This document shows, one piece after another, positions 17,134 through 26,206 of a stretch of 64,000 bases of DNA. The stretch is from the IMG/VR virus record IMGVR_UViG_3300036981_000286, positions 15,594 through 79,593 of that record. One strand, given 5' to 3'. A program made the translations under genes and the position numbers. The DNA is from a virus. The notes below the pieces were generated by a model. That model did not search any database and was not told where the DNA came from. It saw only the letters and a list, made by a program, of their open reading frames with translations. How positions within the stretch are numbered: position 1 is the first letter of the stretch; each line of letters starts with the position of its first letter.

Positions 17134-18159
17134 ATGGCCGATAAAGAGCAATTTTTTGACAGCGTCTTTGACGTTGCAAAAGCGTATCAGACAGGTTTCG
17201 TGGGCGCTTACAGCAACCCCGAAGCTGCGGAAGCATTGCGCGCGCAAATTAAAAGTGCGGGCGGTATTCCGGATGGGGCCATGGCGTGCTTCGCGTATGG
17301 TCTCGAGGAAACGGGCAAAGGAAAACTTTCTGCGCCCTTCCTTGAGATCTTAAAAATTTATCCAGACTGCCTCCCGGGCGGCTCGCAGGGTCGAGGGGAT
17401 TGCGTAAGCTGGTCGACTCGGAACGCCTGTCTCGGCACTATGTGCTGCGATATTACTTGCGGCATTCCTGACCCAAAATCAGGCCGCCTTGAAGGCCCGC
17501 CAGAAGTTAGCGATACAGCGCGTTTAAACGGCGTGCTCAGCACTGAAGCGTTTTACAACTGGCGGCGGCATGGGGGCGACGGCTGGAGCTGCGCTGAAGC
17601 TGCTCAAGTAGCGCTAAACGAAAGCGGCCTCTGGCTGCGTAAAAAATACGACGAGATTAACGTTGATTTTACGCAATACAGTTCGCGTAACGCTGGTCTC
17701 TACGGCTCCCGCACTCCGCCAACCTCTTGGCTTGCGGTAGGTAAAGACCACCTCGTACAAACAATCACCGAGGTCGAAATATATGAAGTCTTGCGCGACT
17801 TACTCGCTAACGGTTATTGCGTAAGTTCCTGCGGCAGTGAGGGCTTCTCGGACCAGCGCGACGCTAATGGCGTGTCTAAGCGCAGCGGGAGCTGGGCGCA
17901 CGCGCTTGCTTATCTGGCCGCGGACGACCGGCCCGAGACTATTAAACTTTACGGCGAGCCGCTTATATTAGTCCAAAACAGCTGGGGCGCGTGGAATGAA
18001 GGTGGCCGCAGGATTTTAGGCACAGCCTTTGACATTCCAGTTGGCGCGTTTTGGGCAAAATGGTCTGATATCAAAAACCGATACATGGTGGCGATTTCTG
18101 GCGTAAACGGTTGGCCGCGTAAAAAACTGCCGCATTATGGCTCGCTAGGCAATATTTAA
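17134..18159 (+). CDS. Papain-like (C1) cysteine peptidase
   Basis: QGRGDCVSW (Gln/Cys), WAHAL (His), VQNSWG (Asn). Confidence 0.85.
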   Translation: MADKEQFFDSVFDVAKAYQTGFVGAYSNPEAAEALRAQIKSAGGIPDGAMACFAYGLEETGKGKLSAPFLEILKIYPDCLPGGSQGRGDCVSWSTRNACLGTMCCDITCGIPDPKSGRLEGPPEVSDTARLNGVLSTEAFYNWRRHGGDGWSCAEAAQVALNESGLWLRKKYDEINVDFTQYSSRNAGLYGSRTPPTSWLAVGKDHLVQTITEVEIYEVLRDLLANGYCVSSCGSEGFSDQRDANGVSKRSGSWAHALAYLAADDRPETIKLYGEPLILVQNSWGAWNEGGRRILGTAFDIPVGAFWAKWSDIKNRYMVAISGVNGWPRKKLPHYGSLGNI

Positions 18160-18186
18160 ACACCTGTTTGATTTGGAGTAGTTCCT

Positions 18187-18528
18187 ATGTTCGAGTGGCT
18201 TATGCTTTTAGCCCCGGTGACGTATGCCGAATTGCCCAAAAAAGATTGTGTCGGCATGGTCGCTGCAGAGGCTGCTTATGTTTCTTTCCTTCCTGACGCG
18301 ATTCCGCCAAAAGTATTAGTGGACACAAAGGACTGCACAAGATGTAATCGTACGGGTAGAATTCCGACGGGAGACAGTAATAACCCGTGGACGGACTGCC
18401 CGGAATGTGAGCCGAAAGACGGCAAAGTAAACGCCGAGCCAAAACTGTCGCCGGTTATGAAATTACAGAAACGCGCGGTACCTGATAATTGTGCATCTGG
18501 TACATGCCCAATTCCGGCAAATAAATGA
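18187..18528 (+). CDS. Small protein with a DnaJ-like CxxCxxxG zinc finger
   Basis: CTRCNRTG...CPEC; C-terminal CASGTCP. Confidence 0.6.
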   Translation: MFEWLMLLAPVTYAELPKKDCVGMVAAEAAYVSFLPDAIPPKVLVDTKDCTRCNRTGRIPTGDSNNPWTDCPECEPKDGKVNAEPKLSPVMKLQKRAVPDNCASGTCPIPANK

Positions 18529-18535
18529 GGACATC

Positions 18536-19036
18536 ATGGCTGACCGCAAGGATGTGATTGGTAAGTGTTACACGTACCGCGGCCTTAAATTTTACGCACA
18601 AAACGGGTTTGTGTGTCTGCACGACGAGCAGACAGGCGAGTTCTTCGTGTTAACCCGCCGCGAGTTTTTGGAGCGTGCCACCGCGCTGAGTGCTGAGGCA
18701 AAACAACTGCGCGAGATGATGGTTAAGAACCCTGGCAAGCGGTGGCTTTCCCACGACCGCATGGATTTACAGCAGGGCGTAGACATGATGGTCGAGTGCG
18801 CGCGTGACGCTAAAAATCAGGGCGACAGGACAGACCCGAAAGTAGACGCGTGGTTTATGCGGCACCGGCCAAACCGTAAAAGTGCTGTTTCGCTATCCTC
18901 GTCTGGTAATTTCTCAACCGCCCTGCCCCCTTCTCTGCCTGTAGGTAGGGATACCGGCAAGCATGTATCGCCTGACTTTTCTGTTTCTTCGGGGCAATCT
19001 GGTAAAAAGAAGCTCATCCTCCCCGGAGACTTCTGA
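18536..19036 (+). CDS. Hypothetical protein
   Basis: ATG 18536 after GAGGA; TGATG coupling to the next gene. Confidence 0.7.
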   Translation: MADRKDVIGKCYTYRGLKFYAQNGFVCLHDEQTGEFFVLTRREFLERATALSAEAKQLREMMVKNPGKRWLSHDRMDLQQGVDMMVECARDAKNQGDRTDPKVDAWFMRHRPNRKSAVSLSSSGNFSTALPPSLPVGRDTGKHVSPDFSVSSGQSGKKKLILPGDF

Positions 19037-19455
19037 TGGATATTACAGAGCAGGATGCGTTCAAGCTTGGGTTTTTGACCCGATGCGCCGAGGAAAAGCT
19101 GACCGGCGACTCACTCGAGGCGCGGCTGGATCAAGTTGCTAGTTTTAATAAACGAGCTACAGAGTTAGTTAAAGTCTCGCCTGTGACTGTTGGCGGCGGA
19201 ACTGCGGCTGACATGGTCGGCTCTGCCGGTAAAAGCTTGGTAGATGCTTTCCAGATGATCACCGCCGTCCCGATCGCCGGTTCAATTATTGGGGGCGCGG
19301 GGCTTGGTTATGGTACCGCCAAAATGCTTGAGCCAAAACTAGATGACGACGAGCTTAAAGCGCAAGAATTAGCCGCAACTTACAAGCTTTACGCGGATAA
19401 AGCTAAAAACCGCAAAAAGGTTCGTCAGTACCGTCTGGGGCGTGGGTCGTCGTGA
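19036..19455 (+). CDS. Glycine-zipper head-module protein
   Basis: NKRA site; IAGSIIGGAGLGYG helix. Confidence 0.65.
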   Translation: MDITEQDAFKLGFLTRCAEEKLTGDSLEARLDQVASFNKRATELVKVSPVTVGGGTAADMVGSAGKSLVDAFQMITAVPIAGSIIGGAGLGYGTAKMLEPKLDDDELKAQELAATYKLYADKAKNRKKVRQYRLGRGSS

Positions 19456-19802
19456 GTCTCAAAAAATACTACGGCGAAACCGGCGGCGAGTCGCATGGCG
19501 GCGAGCGGCTGCACTGGCCCGGAACAGTGGACGGGTATCCTGTCCGCGGAAATACGCTGCCGCCCGATCTTAAAAAAGAAGAGATGGAGAACATCGATCT
19601 CCGCCTCGATTTTAAGAGCAAAATGTTTGAATTATGGGATCCGGCGCAGAAAGCGGAATTTGACGACGTAAACGATAAAATAGTCAATGGATGGTATTTA
19701 CTTCAACGCCGTAACGACAACTGGGACGACGAACATAAGCATTTTCGTGTCTGGGTAGAGTGGGCGCAAGTTTACGGTATGTTGCCGCCAAAGGTGCAAT
19801 AA
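19452..19802 (+). CDS. Hypothetical protein
   Basis: 116-aa ORF coupled on both sides. Confidence 0.7.
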   Translation: MSLKKYYGETGGESHGGERLHWPGTVDGYPVRGNTLPPDLKKEEMENIDLRLDFKSKMFELWDPAQKAEFDDVNDKIVNGWYLLQRRNDNWDDEHKHFRVWVEWAQVYGMLPPKVQ

Positions 19803-20767
19803 TGACAACAAAAACAGCTAGCTGGCTCACTCAATACGTTACAGACCCGCTGAGTTCGGGGCTTGATTACGCTCTGGGCGGCGCAATGCCGAACGGCGCT
19901 ACTGAGCAAAACGCCGCGGCGGTCGCGGCCCGCGCGGCAGCGCAGGCGGACGCCGCCTCGGCCAAAACGCTTGGCCCCGAACTGCTGAAGTACACGCTTG
20001 CCGGCGCGGGGTTAGGGCTAGGCGGCGCAAAGCTGTATCACTTACTTAGCGACATGAATAAGCCAAAACAAAAATACACAAAGTTTGGCCCGGGTTCTAA
20101 ATCAATCGACGAAGACGAGAAGATCGCCGAAGCGGGCATTTTAGAGACTATTGGCAGCGCGCCCGGTAATTTGCTCAATAAAGTGTTGAGCAACCCCGCC
20201 GATCGCAACGCAGCCCGCGCAGCTGCTTTAGTCGCGACTACCGGGCTTGGCATATACGGCGGCTCGTCGCTTATGAATGCTATTATAGCGCAAAAGAAAA
20301 AAGACGAATTGAACGACCAAGTCGACGACGCAAAAAAAGAATATCAGCGCGCGTTAATCGGGCGTAAAGCCGCAGCGCTCGATGAGGCGTTTAATAAGTT
20401 TGCCGAAGTTACAAAAAAAGCCGATAACCCAATTGCAACTGCTATCGGCAGCACATTTTCAGGCCCGCTCACCGCAGTCTCTAGCGCCGCAAAAGCTGCA
20501 ATGCCGACTGTTGGTGGTGCCGCCAGCGCCGCGGTAGCGGCTCCGTTTGACATTATGCGGCAGTATCCGGCTGTCTGGAATGCGTACGTAATGTCAACGC
20601 TTGGGCTTGGCGCGCTGTCCGGGAAAATGACATACGACTGGACGCGTGAACGCAGCCGAGATAAGGCTGTATCGCGCGCACAGAAAGCACGAGCGCGCAT
20701 TGCCGGAGCAGCGCCAATTTATGTGGACCCAGAACAAATTGCGGCTATTAAGCAAATCGCTGACTAA
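19802..20767 (+). CDS. Glycine-zipper head-module protein with three repeated helix units
   Basis: TAATG overlap; three GLG-containing hydrophobic helices, each preceded by a K-x-A site (TKTAS, EKIAE, TKKAD). Confidence 0.65.
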   Translation: MTTKTASWLTQYVTDPLSSGLDYALGGAMPNGATEQNAAAVAARAAAQADAASAKTLGPELLKYTLAGAGLGLGGAKLYHLLSDMNKPKQKYTKFGPGSKSIDEDEKIAEAGILETIGSAPGNLLNKVLSNPADRNAARAAALVATTGLGIYGGSSLMNAIIAQKKKDELNDQVDDAKKEYQRALIGRKAAALDEAFNKFAEVTKKADNPIATAIGSTFSGPLTAVSSAAKAAMPTVGGAASAAVAAPFDIMRQYPAVWNAYVMSTLGLGALSGKMTYDWTRERSRDKAVSRAQKARARIAGAAPIYVDPEQIAAIKQIAD

Positions 20768-20784
20768 CTCGATGAGCCGCTGCT

Positions 20785-23700
20785 ATGCCACTTCCCGAAC
20801 AGTCAAACTCGATCCTAGGACCGCAGACCCGAGAATTCGGCGACGTTAACGCGTTACGTCAAAATATCTTTCAGCAATCGCAGCAGTCTGCAATTGGCGT
20901 AGCGCCGTTCGAGCCCGTTTTTACTCGAGAAGATATTTTTAATACTGCGGCTACTCAAGCCCGCGGTATTAAACCGGTCCAGAATGATCTGTATACGCTC
21001 AGCCTCGGCGATGTGGGTTACGAAGGCCCCGAGCGGTTTACAAAAAAAGATCACAAGCAAGCTGTGCTTTCTCACGGCTCCCTCGCGCGAAAGCTGCGCG
21101 GTACGTGGAACCTGACTGACAATAAAACGGGAACTGTTATCGCTCAGAAGCGGTCAACGTTGGCTAACGTGCCGTACATGACCGACGCTGGTACGTTTGT
21201 GCATAACGGCGTGGAATATACGCTGGCCCATCAGATGCGACTTCGCCCGGGCGTATACACCCGCGAAAAAGACAACGGCGAACTTGAAGCGCATGTAAAT
21301 GTGCTCCCCGGAAAAGGTCGAATGCACCGATATTATCTTGACCCCAAAACGGGTGTATTCAAGATCAATATCGGACAGGCGCAAATTCCGCTTATGCCGC
21401 TGCTCAAAGCGCTCGGCACTTCGGAGCAAGATATTCGCAAGGCGTGGGGCAACGAGCTTACCGCCGTGAATATGGAAAAGGGCGACGCCGGCACGCTAGA
21501 CAAGCTGTACAGCCGGCTTGTCTACAAAGCCATACCCGGAATTGACGCCCCGGGAAAACAAAAAGCCATCGCCGACGAGTTTTTAAAAATGGAGATGGAT
21601 CCCGAGGTGACAAAGCGCACGCTTGGCGAGCCTATCAAAAATTTAACGCCTGACGCCATTCTCAAGATCACGAAGAAGCTGATTGCCGTAAACCGGAAAG
21701 AGACCGAATCAGACGACCGCGACAGCATGGCTTTTCAACAAGTTCTTGGCCCTGAAGATTTAATTGCTGAGCGCTTCTCAAAAGATAGGGCCATGCTGCG
21801 GCAATTGCTATGGAAAGCCACGGCAAAGAAAACACTCGATCATGTACCGACTGGTGCGTTTAACAAAGCGATCGTGGCTGCGCTTATTGGTAGCGGTCTC
21901 GGGTCTAGTCTTGAGGAAATCAACCCGGCGGAAATTTACGACCACCAAACGCGGGTTACCAGATTAGGCGAGGGTGGCATTGGCTCGCTTGACGCCGTGC
22001 CGCAAGAATCGCGCAGCGTGCAGCCGAGTCACTTCGGGTTTGTAGATTATCTCCGCACGCCGGAGTCTGGAAAAGTCGGCGTGGACATGCGGTTCGCCCG
22101 CGGAGCAGTAAAAGGCTCTGACGGCAAGGTCTACATGAAAGTAAAGAATCTGAAGACAGGCGAGCTTGAGTACAAGTCGCCGCAGGACATTGCTGATATG
22201 CCTCTCGTGTTCCCGGGTGAGGATAAAAGCGACCTCCCGACCGTGGCCGCAATTGTTAACGGCAAGATGAAATACATTCCGCGCGATCAGGCGCAGTACA
22301 TGGCTCCAAATATGGATGCGTCATTCTCGACGTTGTCTAACATGGTGCCGCTTAAATCCATGATGAAGGGGCATCGCGTTATCATGGGTTCGCGCATGTT
22401 TACGCAGGCGCTGCCCCTTGTTGGCGCTGAATCGCCGTTTATTCAATCAGCCATTGCCGACGACCCTTCGCGCTCGTACGAAGACGATATGGGCAAGAGC
22501 ATGGGCGCCGCATACGCCGACGAGCTTTCGCAAGTTGTATCTGTTACGCCAGACGAGATTGTTTTACGCAATAAAGACGGCGAGCAAAAAACAGTTGAGC
22601 TTTACAATGACGCGCCGTTTAACCGAAAAACTTTCTGGACACAAACAGCAGCGGTAAAACCCGGCGACACAGTTAAACCCGGCCAGCTTATTGCTCAGTC
22701 AAACTTTACAGACAAGAACGGCACCGCAGCGCTTGGTTTAAATATGCGCGTGGGTTACTTACCGTTTCGAGGGCTTGTGTACGACGACTCAGTGGTGATA
22801 TCTGAGTCGGCAGCAAAGCGCCTGACATCTGAGCACATGTATCAGCACGAAGCCGAATCGGACGACAACACGCACATAGACAAGAAGAAATTTATTAGCT
22901 TGTTCCCGAGTGAGTACGACAAAAAAACTTTAGATAACTTTGACGATAATGGCGTAATTAAAAAAGGCGCTGTTGTCACGTACGGCGACCCGCTTATTCT
23001 CGTGAGCAAAGCGCGAGAAACCACATACGGACAAGTGTTTCGCGGCAAGTCGGCTAACTTCACCAATGACTCTGTTACTTGGGAGCACCACTCGCCGGGC
23101 GTTGTTACAGACATCGCTAAAACAAAACACGGCTACAGCGCAATTGTTAAAAGCAAAGCCCAAATGGAGGTAGGCGACAAACTTACCGGGCGATTCGGTG
23201 ACAAGGGTGTCGTGGCTGGGATTATCGCTGACGATCAAATGCCGCAGGATGCGCAAGGCCGCCCAATGGAGGTGCTTGTCAGCCCGCTTGGTTTAGCCAG
23301 CCGAATTAATCCGTCGCAGATCGTAGAGGCAGCGCTCGGTAAAGTAGCTGAGAAAACTGGGCAGCCGTTCAAAATTAAAGATTTTGACGACCAGACCGAC
23401 CTTATCGATTTTGCTAAAGCAGAATTACGAAAACACCAACTCACAGATCTTGAGGATGTTACTGATCCCGAGACTGGGCGCAAAATTAAAGGCGTGCTTA
23501 CTGGTAATCGTTTTTTCATGAAACTGCACCACACGAGCGAAAGCAAAGCGCAGGGCCGGTCTACTGGCGGATACACGGCTGAGGGCGCGCCAGCCAAGGG
23601 CGGGTCCGAAGGCGCTAAGCGCGTCGGCATGCTCGATCTGGGCGCTTTGCTCTCGCACGGCGCCGGTCAGGTTATTCGTGACGCCAAAATGGTTCGCGGG

Positions 23701-25233
23701 CAAGCTAATCCGGAATACTGGTCGCAGGTAATGGCGGGCTATACGCCGCCGCTTCCAAAGATTCCGCAAGTTTACACAAAATTCGTTGAGCAGCTTCGGG
23801 GCGCAGGCATTAACACCGTGCGCGAAGGCACAAAGACGCACATCATGGCGTTGACCGACAAAGAAATTGACAAACTCACCGGCGACCGCGAAATACAAAA
23901 CGCCGATACGGTTGATTGGAAATCTGGCTTGCGGCCTAAAACTGGTGGGCTTTTTGACGAAAGTCTGACCGGTGGCCATAACGGTAATCGCTGGGCTAAG
24001 GTCACCCTGCACGAGCCCATGCCGAATCCGGTTATGGAAGAGCCAATTAGGCGCACTCTTGGGCTTACTGAAAAAAAGTTCAGAGATATCTTAGCCGGCC
24101 AAGAGAAGCTTAACGACGAAACCGGTCCAATGGCTATTAAGAACGCGCTAAAGCGTATTAATGTGCCTAAAGCTATAGAGCAGGCGCGTCAAGATATTCA
24201 GTCCGGACGCAAGGTCGCCCGGGATGCTGCCGTCCGCCGATTAGCCTTTTTAAAAACCTCAGAAAAAACTGGCACACACCCCGAAGAGTGGATGTTGACC
24301 AAGATGCCGGTAATACCGCCAGCGTTTCGGCCCGTCTCGACGATGGGGCAGAAAAAACTACCGCTCGTTGCCGACGCAAATTATTTGTACAAAGAATTGC
24401 TCGACGCAAACTCTGTATTAAAAGATTCTGCTGGCGTACTTACCGACGTGGGCAACGAACGGCTAGGGCTGTACGACGCAATGAAGGGCGTGACTGGCAT
24501 GGGCGACCCTGTGCAGGCCAAGAACGTCGAGCGGCGTGTGCGCGGCTTTTTATCTCAGATTTTTGGAAGCTCGCCAAAGTACGGCACTGTGCAACGCAAA
24601 CTTCTCAGCTCAACTGTGGATCTTGTTGGTCGCGCTGTAATTACACCTAATCCGGATTTGGATATGGATCAGGTCGCCCTCCCCGAAGAAAAAGCGTGGG
24701 AAATTTATAAGCCGTTTATTGTGCGCGGGCTGGTTCGTCGTGGGTTACCGCGCATGGAAGCAATTAAGTCGTTTGACGACAAAAACAATATGGCTCGCGG
24801 TGAATTAAACCAGCAAATGAGTTCTCGGCCAATTATTATTAATCGCGCTCCGGTACTGCACCGTTACGGCATAATGGCGTTTTATCCGCGCCTTACTAAA
24901 AATAAAACAATGGAAGTGAGCCCGCTCGTAACCAAGGGTTTCGGCGCTGACTTCGACGGCGACGCCATGCAATTCCATGTGCCGAGCACTGACGCCGCGG
25001 GCCGAGAAGCCGCTGAAAAAATGCTGCCAAGTCGTAATTTATTTGCGGCGTCAACGTTTAAGGGTCATTACACCCCAGTAGCGGAATTACAGTCTGGCCT
25101 GTATGTTGCTTCCAACCGGATTAACAAGAAGTCGCCCACGCGGGTCTTTAAATCCGCTAAAGATGCTATTGCCGCTTATCGGCGTGGCGATATTGAGGTC
25201 GACACGCCGGTGCATATTGTGGAGAATGATTAA
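20785..25233 (+). CDS. rpoBC: Phage multisubunit RNA polymerase: beta subunit fused to the N-terminal half of beta-prime
   Basis: Beta motifs: GTFVHNG, RLGEGG...HFGFVDYLRTPES, YDDSVVISE, GDKLTGRFGDKG, MKLHH. Beta-prime motifs: GGLFD, PVIPPAFRP, GRAVI, NRAPVLHR and the catalytic ADFDGD. Confidence 0.95.
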   Translation: MPLPEQSNSILGPQTREFGDVNALRQNIFQQSQQSAIGVAPFEPVFTREDIFNTAATQARGIKPVQNDLYTLSLGDVGYEGPERFTKKDHKQAVLSHGSLARKLRGTWNLTDNKTGTVIAQKRSTLANVPYMTDAGTFVHNGVEYTLAHQMRLRPGVYTREKDNGELEAHVNVLPGKGRMHRYYLDPKTGVFKINIGQAQIPLMPLLKALGTSEQDIRKAWGNELTAVNMEKGDAGTLDKLYSRLVYKAIPGIDAPGKQKAIADEFLKMEMDPEVTKRTLGEPIKNLTPDAILKITKKLIAVNRKETESDDRDSMAFQQVLGPEDLIAERFSKDRAMLRQLLWKATAKKTLDHVPTGAFNKAIVAALIGSGLGSSLEEINPAEIYDHQTRVTRLGEGGIGSLDAVPQESRSVQPSHFGFVDYLRTPESGKVGVDMRFARGAVKGSDGKVYMKVKNLKTGELEYKSPQDIADMPLVFPGEDKSDLPTVAAIVNGKMKYIPRDQAQYMAPNMDASFSTLSNMVPLKSMMKGHRVIMGSRMFTQALPLVGAESPFIQSAIADDPSRSYEDDMGKSMGAAYADELSQVVSVTPDEIVLRNKDGEQKTVELYNDAPFNRKTFWTQTAAVKPGDTVKPGQLIAQSNFTDKNGTAALGLNMRVGYLPFRGLVYDDSVVISESAAKRLTSEHMYQHEAESDDNTHIDKKKFISLFPSEYDKKTLDNFDDNGVIKKGAVVTYGDPLILVSKARETTYGQVFRGKSANFTNDSVTWEHHSPGVVTDIAKTKHGYSAIVKSKAQMEVGDKLTGRFGDKGVVAGIIADDQMPQDAQGRPMEVLVSPLGLASRINPSQIVEAALGKVAEKTGQPFKIKDFDDQTDLIDFAKAELRKHQLTDLEDVTDPETGRKIKGVLTGNRFFMKLHHTSESKAQGRSTGGYTAEGAPAKGGSEGAKRVGMLDLGALLSHGAGQVIRDAKMVRGQANPEYWSQVMAGYTPPLPKIPQVYTKFVEQLRGAGINTVREGTKTHIMALTDKEIDKLTGDREIQNADTVDWKSGLRPKTGGLFDESLTGGHNGNRWAKVTLHEPMPNPVMEEPIRRTLGLTEKKFRDILAGQEKLNDETGPMAIKNALKRINVPKAIEQARQDIQSGRKVARDAAVRRLAFLKTSEKTGTHPEEWMLTKMPVIPPAFRPVSTMGQKKLPLVADANYLYKELLDANSVLKDSAGVLTDVGNERLGLYDAMKGVTGMGDPVQAKNVERRVRGFLSQIFGSSPKYGTVQRKLLSSTVDLVGRAVITPNPDLDMDQVALPEEKAWEIYKPFIVRGLVRRGLPRMEAIKSFDDKNNMARGELNQQMSSRPIIINRAPVLHRYGIMAFYPRLTKNKTMEVSPLVTKGFGADFDGDAMQFHVPSTDAAGREAAEKMLPSRNLFAASTFKGHYTPVAELQSGLYVASNRINKKSPTRVFKSAKDAIAAYRRGDIEVDTPVHIVEND

Positions 25234-25256
25234 GGCCACCAAACAAGGAGATTTTC

Positions 25257-25973
25257 ATGTCCATGATCAATTACGAACTTTTGCGCCTTGCCCGCGCGAC
25301 CATGCAAAAAGCTGCCGCCGTACCACCACCGCCGGCTGATCCTGCCGCCATGGGCGGTATGGGGGCGCCTCCGATGGATCCGGCCGCTATGGGCGCTGAC
25401 CCGATGGCTGCGATGGCCGCTGCGCCTATGGACATGGGTATGGGCGCTGGCGCCCCTGCCCCGGCCCCTGCGCCCGCTCCGGCTCCGGCTCCCGCCCCGG
25501 CTCCTGGCGCCGCACCTGCTGGCGCGCAGCAAAAACTTAAGCCGGAACAAATGATGCAAATGATCGATTACCGCATGTACAACATGCAGCAGCAGCTTAC
25601 GGCGATCATGAACGCAATGGGCGTGCAATTGCCGCCTGAGGCGATTGTTCTCCCGCCGGGCTCGACCAGCGCACCGTCAGTTGAGTCGGCTTTGCCGGGC
25701 GCTGCTAACGCGCCTACGGCCGCAGCTGACCCTGCCGCTGCTGGGCAATTGCCACCGGATGTGTACGCCGGGCAAGACCCCACCCAAAACGGCGGCGCAG
25801 TAGCTCCGATCCCGCCCGCGAAAGCCGCTTGGTGGCAAGTTGACGAATCGCCAAAATCGGCTTCGTATATCGGTGACCCGGTTGCGCGCACAGAAGCGCA
25901 GCAAATTAACTTACAGGTTTCAGCGGACGCAGCTTCAGCGCTGTACAGGAGCTTGATGCGGAATGCGCGTTAA
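25257..25973 (+). CDS. Pro/Ala/Met-rich low-complexity head-module protein
   Basis: AAGGAG RBS; DPAAMG and PA repeats; QKAAA, AKAAW, PKSAS sites. Confidence 0.65.
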   Translation: MSMINYELLRLARATMQKAAAVPPPPADPAAMGGMGAPPMDPAAMGADPMAAMAAAPMDMGMGAGAPAPAPAPAPAPAPAPAPGAAPAGAQQKLKPEQMMQMIDYRMYNMQQQLTAIMNAMGVQLPPEAIVLPPGSTSAPSVESALPGAANAPTAAADPAAAGQLPPDVYAGQDPTQNGGAVAPIPPAKAAWWQVDESPKSASYIGDPVARTEAQQINLQVSADAASALYRSLMRNAR

Positions 25974-26205
25974 AACGCAGCACTATCTTCAACCGAGTGT
26001 TACTGACGCGCATAGCGTTATTGTTGAAGATCGTTTTGGAAATATTCTGTACGTAGCGGTAGAAGTAGACAACGGCGCTATCGTAACGGCGCAAGCAGGC
26101 GACAGTAATTTTGCTGCCGTCATTAAAGCGTTAGGTTTTGATAAAGTTACGACAGTGCACGATATTAAGCCAAAATCAATAGAAGAAACAAAGAGCTTGT
26201 TGTGA
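25963..26205 (+). CDS. Small hypothetical protein
   Basis: 80-aa ORF ending 1 nt before the second RNAP gene. Confidence 0.65.
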   Translation: MRVKTQHYLQPSVTDAHSVIVEDRFGNILYVAVEVDNGAIVTAQAGDSNFAAVIKALGFDKVTTVHDIKPKSIEETKSLL

Positions 26206-26206
26206 A

